DNA of 64,000 nt from a virus (lineage: Duplodnaviria > Caudoviricetes), in IMG/VR virus record IMGVR_UViG_3300012665_000704, positions 9,470 to 73,469 of that record; one strand, written 5' to 3'. Positions 10,901-26,300 of this stretch are shown piece after piece. The notes beneath the pieces were generated by a model. The model did not search any database, was not told the DNA's origin, and saw nothing but the letters and a program-made list of their open reading frames with translations. A program made the translations under genes and the position numbers. Within the stretch, counting starts at the first letter, position 1. Each line of letters begins with the position of its first letter.

Positions 10901-11368
10901 CCAAATAGACCTACTATTAATGAATTAAATCAAGAATACGGACAGATACAAGATTTTAAAATGTTAAGTGATAGCGTAGTCTTAAATAGCGTTGTGTTTA
11001 AACCATTGTTTGGCCCTAAAGCCGCAAGCGCATTAAGAGCAACTATCAAAGTGATTCAAAACAGTAATACAAATGCTAGTGTAAGTGAGATTCGTAGTGC
11101 AATATTGGCTTCAATGGATACTTACTTTGATATTAATAATTGGAATTTTGGTGACACGTTTTATTTTAGTGAATTAGCCGCATACTTACACGCACAAAAC
11201 GGATCACTAGTCAGTTCAGTTGTTTTAGTACCCAATGATCCAACAATGCGTTTTGGAGATTTATATGAAATTAAATGCCAACCATATGAAATATTTGTTA
11301 ATGCCGCAACTGCTAATGATGTAGTAGTTATAGCTTCACTAACACCCGCCGAATTACAGATAGCATAA
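7997..11368 (+). CDS. Baseplate wedge subunit, gp6-like
   Basis: DF.SYDYETLR, E.FIDTAERRDSVIKLA.LVSY.PKR, FGDG.F.EIP and ETL..IK.RAP..YYTQNRMV..EDY motifs of gp6/baseplate J. Confidence 0.85.
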   Translation: MATSSRQSAIFGVNDWKAIYQTFREADFKSYDYETLRKSFIDYLRIYYPETYNDYIESAEFIALLDVMAYMGQGLAFRNDLNARENFIDTAERRDSVIKLANLVSYTPKRNLAGQGYLKINSVQTTQNITDLNGFNLSNVPILWNDPANPNWLEQFNTVINASLVDVQRIGRPANSAQILGVKTDEYTMQIPANSIPVVPFNSSVDGINMNFELVSVTSVGEDYVYEIPPQPTNQFNMLYRNDKLGYGSPNTGFFFYFKQGSLQTFDFNLAQQISNQVVDIDIQGINNTDTWLSQLTASNGLIGLWKQVDNIYANAYLQTETSFKKIFSVNSRFNDQVSYVFGDGVFSEIPVGSFRAYVRAGNALTYVIQPTEMQGISISFSYISRVGRQETLTVGLSLTNPVSNAQARETLANIKQRAPTRYYTQNRMVNGEDYNNFPYTLYSSIIKSKAINRSSVGVSRNLDLLDPTGKYSSTNTFASDGAVYLDTDNGFSILTINSSGDIITFLSDTLAAILADNRSIQYYIQNYTRYDVNQASGDGTVSWQTSTVNASSLTGYFYNITNNVDTPIPTGTYSTYNAKYITKGALLKFIAPPGFYFDSNNRLVSGVATPTDTTFIWTTVLNVVGDGYNNGSGQFANGTGPITLNGYVPTEAVLSEIIPAFDNTLPNSVIQECIIKLELQQNFSLVFNNSLTIAQDRWSVEAYNATGYFVNFESTGYNRYTVTYRSLAYYFGSVADTRFTFESGKLVYDPFSGKILQDFVKVLATNTQPSSNYPLTTPISASIIGQTVQSDGYIDDFEVEVASIDVNDRTVVENPDFFNQITGYVTGNTNVGIYAFFEEVQDAINLSRLQLIPTSDVVYQYATTSQIEVVKYEYPVGQLFYASSENVFYITVQDETINTPYYVLVLQPQYSMKPGRQGLQFQYRHNSNNTTRIDPATTNIIDLYVVTQAYYTAYQNWIQDSTDTVPLPNRPTINELNQEYGQIQDFKMLSDSVVLNSVVFKPLFGPKAASALRATIKVIQNSNTNASVSEIRSAILASMDTYFDINNWNFGDTFYFSELAAYLHAQNGSLVSSVVLVPNDPTMRFGDLYEIKCQPYEIFVNAATANDVVVIASLTPAELQIA

Positions 11369-11371
11369 GTA
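11364..11371 (+). promoter_or_regulatory. T4-late-like promoter motif (variant)
   Basis: CATAAGTA before the giant ORF, overlapping the gp6 stop. Confidence 0.4.
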
Positions 11372-11397
11372 ATATATAACAATAGAGATTTTAAAAG

Positions 11398-14300
11398 ATG
11401 GCAACAAGAATTAGAACGCTAAATTTTCTTCCAGAAATATTTAAAACACAAACCAATGCACAGTTCCTAGCGGCAACACTAGATCAACTTGTAGCACAAC
11501 CTAATACAAAAAAGATACAAGGTTATGTGGGAAGTAAATTTGGTTATGGAGTAAACGCAACTGATTACTATGTTACTGAACCTACTAAAGTTAGAACAGA
11601 TTATCAATTAGACCCTGGTGTTGTATTCTTAAAAGAAAATGATACTACTGCAAATGACTTTATTAGTTATCCTGGTATTGTCGATGGATTAAAACTTGAA
11701 GGTGGATTAACTCCTGATAACAATAGACTATTCAACAGTCAATTTTATTCTTGGGATTCGTTCACTAATCTAGATAAAATAATTAACTTTAATGAATACT
11801 ACTGGTTACCAGATGGACCTGATCGTGTAGTAATTTCTACAGACGTAGTGTTTAATTCTTCTAATTATCTAGTTCAAAGTTTATCAAATGAATATTTAAT
11901 TTCTTCTGAATCTCAATCTGCAACAAGCAATCCTACGCTTACTTTATTAAGGGGTGGGTCATATACTTTTAGTGTAAATCAAAATACACAATTTTGGATA
12001 CAAGGTGAACCTGGCGTCACTGGATACAGTCCAACACAGCCTAATGTGCAAACACGTGACGTATTCGGAGTTACTAATAATGGTGCTGAAAATGGAGTGA
12101 TTACGTTTGAAGTTCCTGCACAGAATGCATTAAACGAATATAATTTTCCTCCTGGCCCTGCCGTAGGAGTTGTATCTTCATTACCGTTTAGTCAAGTCAA
12201 TGGTGCAAGAGTAACTGAAATAGGCGGAATTGACGGCGTTACAGCATTGGATGGTTTGACTGTGATGTTTTATAATACCGGCATAGCTGATGAAATAGGT
12301 TATATTCAAAAATTTTACGATCAAACTTTATTTGATGAAGACGGTGGTGTCTCTTACGATGAAGCAACTGATTACCCTGGAACATCTGAATTTTATAATA
12401 ATTATGAAGGTGGTTTTTACAGCCCAGTAAATTCTAATTTTTACACAATTACTTTGTTAGGAGATCAATCTAATCCTATCATTCAACTTACTCCGGCAGG
12501 AACTATTCCTACTAATCAAACAATCACACCTACATTTGGTTCTGAGTGGGTAAACAGAAATTTTTATAGAAGTGTAGATGGTGCAATTGCTTTAGTTCCA
12601 TATAACAGTGCAATACTAGACACACTATATTATCAAGACGGTACCAATCCAAATAAAGTTGGTATTATTAAATTAGCTAATAGCAATGTTTCTAATTCAT
12701 TAGATGTTGTTACTGAGATTTTAGGAAAGCCACAGTATACTGCACCTAATGGAGTGGTGTTTACAAATGGATTGAAAGTTTTATTTCAAGGTAATATTAC
12801 TCCTGAAATTTATAATAACACTGAATTTTATGTTGAAGGTGTGGGTACCGCAATTGAATTAATACCAGTTGCAGATTTAGTTAGCCCCGGTGCATTTGCT
12901 GAAGGTTCTTATATCCCATTCGACACTACACCATATGATGTGGGTAACTTTGATTCAAGTTTATATCTTTTAATAGATCCAGATTATATTACTATTGCAA
13001 GAAATGCAATTAATAAAAATGCATGGTCACGCAGTAATAGATGGTTTCACATTGATGTGATAAACGCAACTGCAACTTATAATAATAATCCCGAGTTAGC
13101 CTCAGTTGCTACAATTTATAATAAAGCATCTCGTCCTATTATAGAATTTTATCCAAATCTTAGTTTATTTGATTCTGGTGTGATAGGTAAACAACCTATT
13201 GACTTTATAGATTTTAGAACTACTGATGCATTTACATTGGTTGCAGGTCAACCTACATATTATCCTGATGTTGCAGGATACACAGATTACACTGCAACTA
13301 TTGCACCTGTAACTTCAGCTATCACAAGCAAAACAGCAACACAAACTGTTGGTTTAGTTAATCAAGTTATACTAAGTCCAAACACAACTGGCATTCATGT
13401 TAATGACACTATTGTATTTGGTTTGGTAACTGCTGGTAGTTTTGTTTCGGGTACAACATATAAAATTGTCACGTCTGGTAATACTGACTTTACTGCAATA
13501 GGAGCTAGTTCTAATGCAGTGGGTACAGTGTTTGTTGCATCTGGCGCTGGATCAGGAACAGGCACTGCCGGTGATGTAGATTCAGAATTTGGTGGACTAA
13601 CTTCTGGGGTAACTTACTATATTAATGAAATCGTAGGTAGCAGAATAACAGTATCAACTGAAAAACAAGGTTCAAACATTGTATTAACCTCTGCTTCAGG
13701 TTCTATGGTTACTTCAATATATCCATATAGCACAAACATTACAATAGCAACAAGTGAAGTGTTTGGTTTATTTGAAGTAGGTCAATATATTGCAGACTCA
13801 ACAGGCATTCTTCCTGCAGTAACATTTATTACCGCAATAACAGAAGTTGGGTCTAATACAATCTTAACAGTTTCTTGGTATAATCAAGAAGTTATCACAG
13901 GAACTTCAGTTGCATCTATTGTATCTGCTGATACTACTTTATCGAACTATGCTTTATTTGATGGGGCTAGAGTAGTTTTTGCTGCCGACACTAATTTAAG
14001 TGTTAGAGATAAAATATATGTTTCTCGTTTTTCTTCTATTGATGGTACAGGAACTCCGGTAATCACACTAACTGAAGCCTTCGATGGTCAAGTATTAGCA
14101 GATGAACAGACTTCGGTTTATAGAGGATATAATTACAAGGGTAAAGATTTTTACTTCAACGCTGAAAATTGGCAACAAGCACAACAAAAAATTACAATTA
14201 ATCAGGCTCCTAAATTTGACATATATGATGAAAATGGTATAAGTTTTGGTGATAGCACAGTTTATATTGGTACGTCATTTACAGGTTGCTCACTATTTCA

Positions 14301-17300
14301 ATATGGCTTAGGAACAGGTATAAGTGATCCTGTTTTGGGTTTCCCATTACGTTATAGTACAGTAAGTAATATAGGTGATATTAGCTTTGATGTTACATTA
14401 GATTCACAAACATTTAATTATGTTCAAGGAACAAATCCAATTACACAAAAAGTGAATACAGGATACGTATACAACTATACATCACGTACTAGCTTTGTAA
14501 GACAATTAGGTTGGCAAACAGCAGTATCACCTAGTGTACAATATCAAATTTTTGAATTTAATTGGTCAATTGATAATCCAATAACTAACTTTACATGTGA
14601 CATAGCTCCGGTATCTTCTAGTTCAACTAATTGGCCAACCGTACAAGTCTATATAAATAATACCTATTTGCCAGAAACTGATTTTACAGTTTCAACAACA
14701 GGTGATACAACAACAGTTACTATACCTCAGATTGACGCAGTTGATACTGTAGTTCAGGTATTAATATTAAGTGACCAAGTAAGTTCTACTGCATATTATC
14801 AAATACCAATTAACTTAAGCAATAATCCTTTCAATGAAGACATACTAACTGTTAACATTGGTGATATTCGCGGACAGTATCAAAGTATGTTCTTTAATAA
14901 TCCAAATACTATGGGACCAGTATTTGGACGTAACAACTTCCGTGATTTAGGAAATCTTGTTCCTTGGGGAAATAGAATTATTCAAAACAGTGCTTCACTT
15001 GTGTTGCCTGGAACATTCTTGCGTAAACAAAATCATAATTTGTTTAATTCTATTTTATACAATAGTAGACAATACATTACGTTTAAAAATTTATTAATTG
15101 ATACTGTAAACAATACAGATTATAATCGTATGTTGTCTCCGGCAGAAATGTTAGATGATGCAATGGATCAAATAACATCTACAAAAACAGATAGTCAACC
15201 ATTCTTCTGGAGTGATATGTTGCCTTCTAAGGCACCTTATATTTCTAATACATATTCTTTTGCAAACACACTGGATGTTAGTATATATCCTTTAAGTAGA
15301 ATTTATGATTTTGACAAAGCAAATTATTATGGTGTATTGGTGTATCTAATTAGAGATGGTGTCACCTCACAACTAATTTTTGGAGTTGATTATACTGTAA
15401 GCACTAGTGCTCCCTCATTAACAGTTACATTAGATTTATTAGCTAACGACCAAATCGTTATCAATGAATATAATCAAACATACGGTAGCTATGTACCTAA
15501 CACGCCTACTAAATTAGGTCTTTACCCTTCAACTATTCCAGCAGTCGTTGTAGATACTGCATATTTTGAACCTACATATTTTATAGTAGGACATGATGGG
15601 TCATACAATAAATTGTTTGGACCGTATGATAGTACTACAGGACAATTAGAAGATTTCAGAGATCAGGTATTACTTGAGTATGAAACACGTATATACAATA
15701 ACTTAAAACTAAGCAACGTTATTCCAATTCAAACATATGAAGTAATCCCGGGTTTCTTTAGAGACCTTCAATATTCATATGATGAATTCTTAGAAGTTTA
15801 TTCTGAATCTTTCTTAGATTGGGTTGGACAAAACAGAGTTGACTACAAAAGACAATTTTATAATTCAACAAATGAATTTTCATACAATTACCGTAACAGT
15901 GGAAACAAAGTAAATAGAGAACCAATCCAGCAGGGATATTTTAGGGGATTGTATTTGTATTACTACGATACACCTACTCCTGATGTAACACCTTGGCAAA
16001 TGATAGGTTATACAGATCAACCAACATGGTGGACTGAGCGTTATGGTCCTGCTCCATATACAAGTGATAACTTAATTTTATGGAACGACTTAGCAGAAGG
16101 TATAGATTGGAATAATGGTAATCCTGTAGTAATAACAGAATACATTCGTCCTGAGTTATTGCAAGTATTACCAGTAGATAGTAACGGTGATTTAGTGTCA
16201 CCTCTTGCTTCTATTGTTGGAAACTATAACAACAACATTTTCAATCGTGATTGGAAAGTTGGCGATGTTGGGCCTACAGAATTCAGCTATCGTAGAAGTA
16301 GTACATGGCCATTTGATTTGATGCGTCTTTATGCATTAGCAAAGCCAGCTAATTTCTTTAACTTAGCAGTGGATGTTGACAATTACAAGTACAGTGCTGA
16401 GTTTGATCAATATTTGGTTAACAATAGAAGTCATTTACAATTAGGTGATATACCTATATATGGTCTGGGAACTCCTGCAACTAGCTACATTAACTGGATA
16501 GTTGATTTTGAAAAACAAGTTGGCATTGATGCAACAACTGATATCACTACTTTATTGAAGAATTTAGATGTACGTTTGGTATATCGTGTAGCAGGGTTTT
16601 CAGATAAGAATTTGTTAAAGTTTTACGTTGAAAAAAGTTCAGCAAACACAACTAACAGTTCATTATTAATACCTGATGAAAGTTATTCTGTATTATTATA
16701 CGATAATCAACCATTTGATAGAATTGTATATTCTGGTGTGGTTATTCAAATAACAGAAAATGGTTATCAAGTATACGGAAATTCTCAGACTAACGCATAC
16801 TTTAAAATTTTATTGCCAAAAAATTCAGGATACAGTGAAACTATTGAAGTTGAAAATTTATCAGTTAGGATAGCTGATCAATACTCAGATAAAGTTGGTA
16901 TCATTCCTTATGGTACTGAATTTTATAGTGTTCAGGAAGTTGCACAGTTTTTAAGTTCTTATGGAAAATACCTTGAAAGTCAGGGTATGAAATTTGACCA
17001 GATAGAAAATGGCATCCCTGTTAATTGGGCGCAAATGATTGCTGAGTTTTTATATTGGTCACAAATAGGTTGGGAAGTTGGTAGTATAACTACAATAAAT
17101 CCTTCTGCCTCTACATTAGTAATTGACAAAGACAGTAGTGTTGTGCAACCATTAACAGTAAGACAACGTAACTTTGTACTAAATCAAAACTTATTTCCAA
17201 TACAATCAATTGATTTAAATGTTGTTCGCCAAGATACTGCATTTACGGCACAACCATTGAATCAAGGTGATGCGATCAGTTATGGTCAATTTAATATTAG

Positions 17301-20300
17301 CAACTTTGAACACGGTATCGTGTTTGACAACGTTACACTATTTAATGACATAATTTATAATTTAATTACTGGCCTACGTCAATATCGTGTATCAGTCCGC
17401 GGAACTAAAACAGCAGACTGGAATGGTACAGTTGATGCAGCAGGCTTTATTTTAAATCAAGATAACATCCAAGAATGGAATAGAGAAATCAAATATACCA
17501 AGGGTGAAATTGTTCTTTATAAAAATAGATATTGGACATCTTTAACTATTGTACAACCTAAAGTATTATTTGACGAACGTGATTGGAAAGAAACAAACTA
17601 TAACGAAATTCAAAAAGGATTGTTGCCTAACAGTCAAACTCGTTCTTTTGAAAGTACATTATACTATAACACTGATTCTGCAAACTTAGAAAATGATGCA
17701 GATTTATTAAGTTTTAGTTTGATTGGATATCGTCCAAGAGATTACTTAGCACTTGCTGATTTAACAGATATCACACAAGTAAACGTTTACAAAAACATGA
17801 TTAAAGAAAAAGGTACATTGAATGCAGCCAGTGCGTTCAAGGGTGCTAATTTACCACAAGGTGGAATTAATTATGACATTTATGAAAACTGGGCTATTAA
17901 ATCAGGTGAATTTGGTGGCGTATTAAACAACAACTTTGTTGAATTTAACTTAAATCAAGCGTCATTGACAGGTAATCCAAGCATTGTTGGTTTAACTGAT
18001 GGAATATTTACTGATGGAGTACAGCAAGAAGTACCACTATATTCTATATTCAATTATGGTAGACCAATAACCAGTCCTAACATATTACCTACTATTTCAG
18101 CCACTGAGCCTTCTGCATTATTCCCTACAGCAGGCTATGTCAATTACAATGACGTTAAAATGTCAAGTTACTATTATTCTGGTTTAGCTACTGCAACTAA
18201 TGCTAGTGGAACAATAGTACCTATCAATGAATTTTATGTACGTGATTATGTTTGGTTAGCAAATTATCTATCTGATTGGAGAGTGTACACACCAGTCAGT
18301 TTAGGTTCAATCATTAATGCCAAGAATAATTTGAATGGTACTGTAACTATTACATTTAGCCAGGCTCATAATTTAACAAGATTTGAGTTATTTGGTATAA
18401 CAAACTTTGATGTAGCAATTAATAACTATTATCTAGTGGCAGCAGTTGTTGACCCGTTCAGAGTCATCATTAATCTTTCATTGAATCCTAGTACACTTAA
18501 TATCGTAGGTGAAGGTATTGGTTTAAGAATGCAAAGTCAACGTGTAGCAACTGCACCTGAAATTGTTGACTTGCCATTATTAAATAATGAATTTACTAAA
18601 TCAAAAGTTTGGGTTGACGAAAACAACGATGGCAGTTGGGCAGTATATCGCAAGAGTTTGAACTATCAGTATGATGCAGAAATCATTAGATCATCAAGTC
18701 AAACATTTGGTAGCGCAGTTGCATACACAACTCCTATGGGATATTTGATTGGTGATGCAGATGTTGGAGCAGTATACCGCTATACTTTCAATGCAGAAGC
18801 AAATACCTATACATTAGACCAAGCTATTACAAATAGTGCTTCATTTGGTTCGTACATATCTTACGCTGATGATTTATTTGTAATCTCAGAACCAACAAGC
18901 GGTTCACCTAAAGTATATGTATATCAATTAATAACTACTACTCTAATAGATAATCTAGACCCTTATCAAACTATTTCTGCACCAGGCGGAGTAACTGACT
19001 GGGGTAGCACAACTGCTATTTCAGGTGATCAAAATTGGTTATATATTTCAGACACAGGCAACGCAAGAGTGTATGCATATCGTAAATCAACAATTACTAA
19101 TTTATATGAGAGTGTAGGATATATTTCAGTAGCAGGTTTAACTTCCGCTGACAATTTTGGATTTTCGATTGCAACAGATTACTATGGTGATACTGTAGTA
19201 ATTGGCGCACCTGATCAAGATTATGATGTAAACACAGATAATTACGGATATACATATGTGTTTGCAAGAACAGTGCAGAATTTTATAGCACCTTCTACTA
19301 GTCAACCATATACCCCGCAGACATTTGCATTGTCTTGGTCACCTGTCACAGTTACACAAACTGCAACTGCCACAGATAGTACCAACGATAGAATCACTAT
19401 AACAAGTTCTGCTGGATTTAGTGTTAATGATCCTGTAGTGTTCTCTGGTGATATTTTATCTTCTGGTGCAATCGCTCAAAATACTGTGTATTATGTTTAT
19501 GATAAACCAACATCAACTACATTTAGAATTGCATCAACACGTAATGCAGCCGCACCAATCGAATTAGCTACAGCTTCAGGCCCACCTAACATGACTGTTA
19601 CTGTACAAACAACACCATTGTTTGTTAATATTAACGGAACATTACTTGAGGATGATACCTATGCAGTTATAGGGTCTACATTATATGTTTACAGTGGCTT
19701 AACCCCAACATTAAATGCAGGTGATATTCTTTCTGTTAGTGGATCAAATTTTGTATTGACACAAACATTAGACAACGGACAAACACCGCGTGTAGGAGTA
19801 CAGTTTGGACAAAGCGTAGATACAAATACATACGCTAATGAAATTTTAGTAGGTGCTCCGTTTGAATTAAGTGCCGACAATTATGAAGGTGCTATACATA
19901 GATTTACTAATGGTGGTGAAAAATATGGTTTTATTATTGGTACTACCGATTGTAATATCACAACACCAAGAACAATTTTAATAAATGGATATCAAGTTAT
20001 TTTACCAATAGGTAATGCAACAAATGCTTCAAACTTTATTAATGCAGCTAACATTCCCAATGTAAGTGCTACTTCAATTGATGGTAAATTAGTCATTCAA
20101 TTAGTTGACATTGCTATAGGATTTGCAGGTTCAAAACTTTCATTGACTGTGTTGGATTCTGCAACTCCTGCTGAAATGGGAATTAATATCTATACAGCAA
20201 CACAAACTATTGCTTGCCCACACTTAACTGGACCTACACAATTTGGAAGTGTAATTAAATTTAATGAGTTTGATTCATTTATAGCCAGCGCCCCTACAGG

Positions 20301-23300
20301 AACTCGCTACTCAGCTACAACATTTGATTTTACAGATGATGAATTAGATAATGATACTGTATTTGATAACAATGCTACACAATGGATTGATACATTTGCT
20401 AATGCCGGTGCAGTATACATGTTTGATTATATTTCTGCATATAATGAAAGTTTAAATAATCCAGGTAAATTCGTATATGCTCAAAGTACAAATGCAGAAA
20501 ATATTGATTATGGTTCACAACCTTATTATGGTCAGGCATTAGACTTTAATGATAATAGAGTCACAGTAGGAACTCCTAATTTTAGACCAGGTTATGATAA
20601 CGGTCAAGTGGTAGCATATACTAGTACTAGTACCGAACAAGACTGGGCAGTCTATAGAAGTTCTGCTCCTATCGTTGATATAAATGGTATTGCAAACATT
20701 CAGTTATTCAGCGCATCATCTAATACAACATTAGACAACTTAGATTACTTTGATCCGTTACAAGGAAAATTATTAGGGGCAATTAGAGAAAATATTGATG
20801 TTGTTTCTAATTCAGATCCTGCGGCATATAACTCTCCTAATAGCACACAGCGTGGTTTAGTATGGGGAGCAGACAAAGTAGGTCAACTATGGTTCGATAC
20901 ATCAAACACGAGATTTGTTAACTACCATCAAAATGACATTGTTTATAACAGTCAGTATTGGGGTAGAATTTTCTCAGGTAGTGACGTTGCAGTATATTCA
21001 TGGATAGTAAGTAATGTTAGTCCATTAGACTATATTGGCCCAGGCATTCCGTATAACATCGATACTTATACAGTTAACGGCGTAATCAATGCAGAAGGCA
21101 CTATTGTTCCATTATATTATTTCTGGGTAAGAAATACAAATATTGTATTTGAAAAGACTGGAAAAACATTAGCTGATTCTACATTAGAGGCATACATATC
21201 TCAACCTCAAAATACAGGTATAAGTTATTTCGCACCACTACAACCTGACATTTTTGCTTTATATAATTCAGGTGATTATTTAAATGGTAATGATACTGTA
21301 TTACATATTGGTTATGCAACAGGAACTAATGATGACCCTATACATAATCAATATGAATTGATTCGTGCTGATTATGCAGATGATTTCTTGCCAGGTGTTC
21401 CGGGATCAGGTGCTGGATATCAAGCACGTTCATCAGTGGGTATAACAGAACCAATTTCATTATATAATAGAATGTTAGATAGTATGTGCGGCGTAGATAA
21501 TGCCGGTGCAGTAGTACCTAACCCATTCTTACCAAAAGCAGTTCAAACCGGTGTTCTTGCAAGACCAAGACAAAGTTTCTTCTATGATAGATATGATGCA
21601 TTAAAGAATTATTTACAGTATGCCAATGAAGTATTAGCACAATTTCCTATAACAGAAATAAGAAACCCTTCATTCTTAAATACTACCGGTGCTACAAATC
21701 CATCGACAGTAGACAATCCTGATTGGACAGGAAGTGTATTGCCATTCTATGATACAACTAATTATTGGAGTTATATAAACTGGTGGGCACCTGGTTATGA
21801 TAATAATACAAAGTCTGCCTTACAAGTTTCGATTTATGCTGATTTATCAACATTAACTGTTACACCCGGAACAATTGTTACTGTAGCTACAAACGGTAAT
21901 GGAAATTCAGAAACATATATCTATAACATAGATGGTTCATGGACCCGTATTGGATTAACAAACGGTACAATCGAATTTAGTAGTGCATTATGGGATTACT
22001 CTACTTATAGACTAGGATTTGGTGACAATTTCTTTGACACTACTCCGTATGATGAGTACCCATCAGAAGAAACTAGATATATTATTCGTTCTTTAAATGA
22101 AGAAATTTACAACAATGAATTGTTAATTTTCAGAAATAAAAGTTTAATTTTATTATTTGAATACATTCAGAGTGAAACATCTGAAAATCAAAATTATTTG
22201 CCTTGGTTAAATAAAACATCATTCTTAGATGTAGCACACACTATCCGTGAACTACGTCCGATTGAAGTATTCCAATCAGATAACGAGTTATTCTTGGAAG
22301 GTTACATGAATGAAGTTAAACCATATCATGTAGTTATTAAAGAATTCTTATTCAAGTATACTGGCACTGATGTGTACGAAGGTGATATCACTGATTTTGA
22401 TTTACCTGCACAGTATAACAGTTCAGTGCAACAGTTTATAACACCGGAATTAGTTTATTCTAATCCAAACGGTGATAATCAGTATTTACCAAATGATCCT
22501 ATATGGCAAACTGCCCCTTATAGTCAATGGTTTAATAATCACGGTGTAAGTATTGTTGGTGAAAATGATTATCCTATATCAGTATTAACATCATATGTTG
22601 CAACAAATTCAAACTCATGCTATGTTGATAACGTAACTGGATTCCCTGTTACTGGAACAATTTTAATTGGCACTGAGTTGATTGGATATTCTAGTGTAAA
22701 TCTATTAACTAACCAATTATTAGGATTAGCAAGAGGATTAGAAAATACTGTAATACAACAACATATTCCAGGAGAAACAATCTTTATTGATTTGCCTGCT
22801 GTACTAGTGTTGAATGCAGGTAGATTGTATGACAATCCTCCTAAAATTACTGCAATAATTGATACTACTATATATCCTGAACCAACAGTTCCTGCACAGT
22901 TTGAAGCTGTAATGGGATTAGGTACTGTTATTGGTGTAAACGTTATAAATCCTGGACAAGGATATGCAGTACTTCCTAAAATTGAAATTGATCCTGCTAT
23001 TGTTGTTGAAGTTAATAGCACTCAAGTAAATATTTCAAATAATACAATAGAACTTACTATACCTATATTACAGACAGGAGATTTGATTGTATATCAGCCT
23101 GGCACAACCAGTACTGTAATAGGTGGATTAACTTCAGGACAAAAATATTATGTTAACTTGTTGGAAGTTTCTCCGGCACCAATTATAGCACTTTACGCTA
23201 GTTACATTGATGCTGAAAGAGATCATAACCGTGTAGTTTTAACTAGCACTGGTTCAGGAGTTCAAAAATTAAACTTGGGTGCAGTTGCGTCTTGTATAAC

Positions 23301-26300
23301 TAGCTCTGCACCAGTAAGAGAAAATAGTATTAATCTACGATTTGATAGAACTTCATATACTTCACAGGTAACTGAGTGGGCATCAGGTGATTTTTACGGT
23401 TCATTTTATGCAGGAACTTATTCAAACAGTGACCAAGTTTCATCTTCTTCAATAGCTTTGCAAAGCACTCAACCACCAATTGATACTATTTTGGCAAGTG
23501 CTCAGGGAGCAACATTTGAAATTTTAGATGCTACTAATGATCAAACATTAACATGGTCTTCACGCACAAGAGAAACGGTACAAACATATGGACCGGCTAC
23601 CCTATATCCAAATGCTATAAGAATCAATCCATCAACAGGTGGCTCACCTGTTGCAGGAGAATTAGGTTCTACTATAGGTTTCTATATAGGAATGCCAGTA
23701 AAATTTGTAGGTGCAACTGTAGGAAATCTAGTTAATGAAACTACTTACTATGTAAAATCTTTAATAGATTTACCTAATCTAGTTACATCAAATCTAGAAG
23801 CCACTGGTTTTACTGTATCAGCGACTGTAGATGAAGACGGTGTGCCAGGATCAACATTTGTTCTTTCAACAGCAACTGTTACGGCTGCTGGCTTACCAAT
23901 GTTTGTTGGTGAAGTCACTAATACTGCTGTGCTAACTATTAATTATAGCGGCATTAGAAACGCAACAGTCACTACAGCAGGTACCAACACAATTACAGTA
24001 TTGCTTACTGCTACTGGACAAAATGGCACTAATGGATTGTATACAGGTATACCTGTATACTTTACCGGAGATGTGTTTGGCGGAATTTCTGAGAACGAGA
24101 TTTACTATGTAACTACTGTTACTGGTCCACAGACATTCACTATGTCTACTCAAACAAATCCAACAACATTAACTATTACAGAAACAGACTCTGGAACTGA
24201 TGCAATTACTTGCGAAAGCACATTATCACTTTCTGTTAATGAACCCGTAGTATTCACCGGAGATGTATTTGGTAATATTGTTGCAGGAACACAATATTAT
24301 ATCAGAGAGTTATTCTCAGGAAATATAACATTCTCAATTTCTGAAACTATTAACGGACCTGTATTTGCACTTGCATCTGATACCGGTTCTTGCACAATGA
24401 CAAGTCAAAAGGACACCGTAACATTACAAGATGATACCGGTTCTATGACAATGAATGTCAGCTTACCAGTAAGTCCAGGACAAGTTAACGGACAACTGTT
24501 TACATTATATCCTACTTCTCAACAATATATCAACCAAACAGGTGTAGTTACAAACTTGATAGAAAGAGAAATTAGTGCAACCCTATCAACTGTAAACAGA
24601 TTGTGCTTATCAACCTTTAGTGGTGGCATTTTAAATCTATACAATAACTTTGATTTTGATGTTGCAAGCAATATAGGTGGTCTAACAACATCCGGTGGAC
24701 CATACACTGTAACCAATACAGGAACAACTATAGTTAACGTGTCTAGTACTAGCAGTTCAGGTAATTGGTTAACTGTACCATTAGATACTAACCCGTATAC
24801 AACTGATGTGTTGTATTCTGGAATGCCAATAATATTCAGCGGTGTATCATTGGGCGGTGTATTATTAAATGTAGTTTATTATGTAGATACTATTGATGGA
24901 AGCCCCCCAGTTGGCTCAGGAAGATTTACCATATCAGAAACTTCTGATTTTTCAAGCGGTATATTTGTGGTTACCAATGATAACGGGGACATGATTGGTA
25001 CAGGTGAGCCATTCATTCAGGTAGCAGATACGTTAAGTGATGCAACAGGTCCGGTAATGTTAACACAGGTTGTTGGCACTACCCCAACATTTGATGTGAG
25101 TTATATTTTAGGCGGGTACCGAGTAACAATCCAAAATTCAGGTAGTGGATATGCAATTGACAACACTATAACTATTTTAGGAACTAATTTAGGTGGCACT
25201 ACACCAGATAATGATTTAGTGATGACTGTTTCTTCAGTTAATGCTACTGGTGGAATAGTATCTACAATATGTAACGGAACACCTGCAGGCACAATTGATC
25301 AATACTATTTTAAAGTTGTGTCAGAAAATCAAGTAGAAGTTTACGAAAATGAAGCCTTGAGTGTTCCGGTAAGTGGACAAAACTTCCCTTATGGTGGAAT
25401 TACTTCAACTACCGCTACAGTAGCAACTGCTTCAAATGATAGATTTACAGTAACTAGTTCAGCCGACTTTAGTATAAATGATCCGGTCGTATTTACTGGA
25501 ACAGTATTTGGTGGAATTACATTAGGTCAAACATATTATATTAAATCTAAACCAACAGGCACTACTGTTACTATTACAGAAACTGTAGATGGTACTGTAT
25601 TCAATATCACGACAGATGCTACAGGTTCGATGACAATGGCAAAATCAGGTGATTATGCACTATTACCGGAGCCATTCTTCTTTAGTCCTAGTATCGTGAA
25701 ATATAACAATCGTGTTTATCAATGTATTATAAGTAACAATGACCCTGAATTTATTTTAGGTAAATGGGAACTACTAGATCCGGGTAGTAGAAAACTTAAT
25801 GGGTTAGACAGAGTTATTGCATATTACAGACCTACTGTAAATATGCCAGGTGTTGATTTAACTCAATTAGTTACCGGAATAACATATCCAAATAGTACAT
25901 ATTTGGGTAATGCATTTGCTCCGGATGACGAATTTACAGTAGATGTTAATTTAACAGATCAACCATTTTACCCAACCGGAATTGATTTAAGTACTATTAT
26001 TTGGAATGGGATAACATATCTTGCAGGATCAAATGCAGAAACGTATTCATCTATTAATTTAAGTGAGACTGGTTCATCTTGGATCATTAATAAAATTGCC
26101 AATCAATCAATTGGTGTTACTGATTTGCTTTTTGCAGGAGGCAGATATGTTCTAACTTCTACTAATCCAGCTACTCCTATATTAATAAGTGATAATGGAC
26201 TTACTTGGATTACTAACGGAACATTTACTCCGTTCGATTCAACACCATACGATTTAACAACTTTTGATATATCTTCTGTGAGTGTTCCTTCTCTATTATT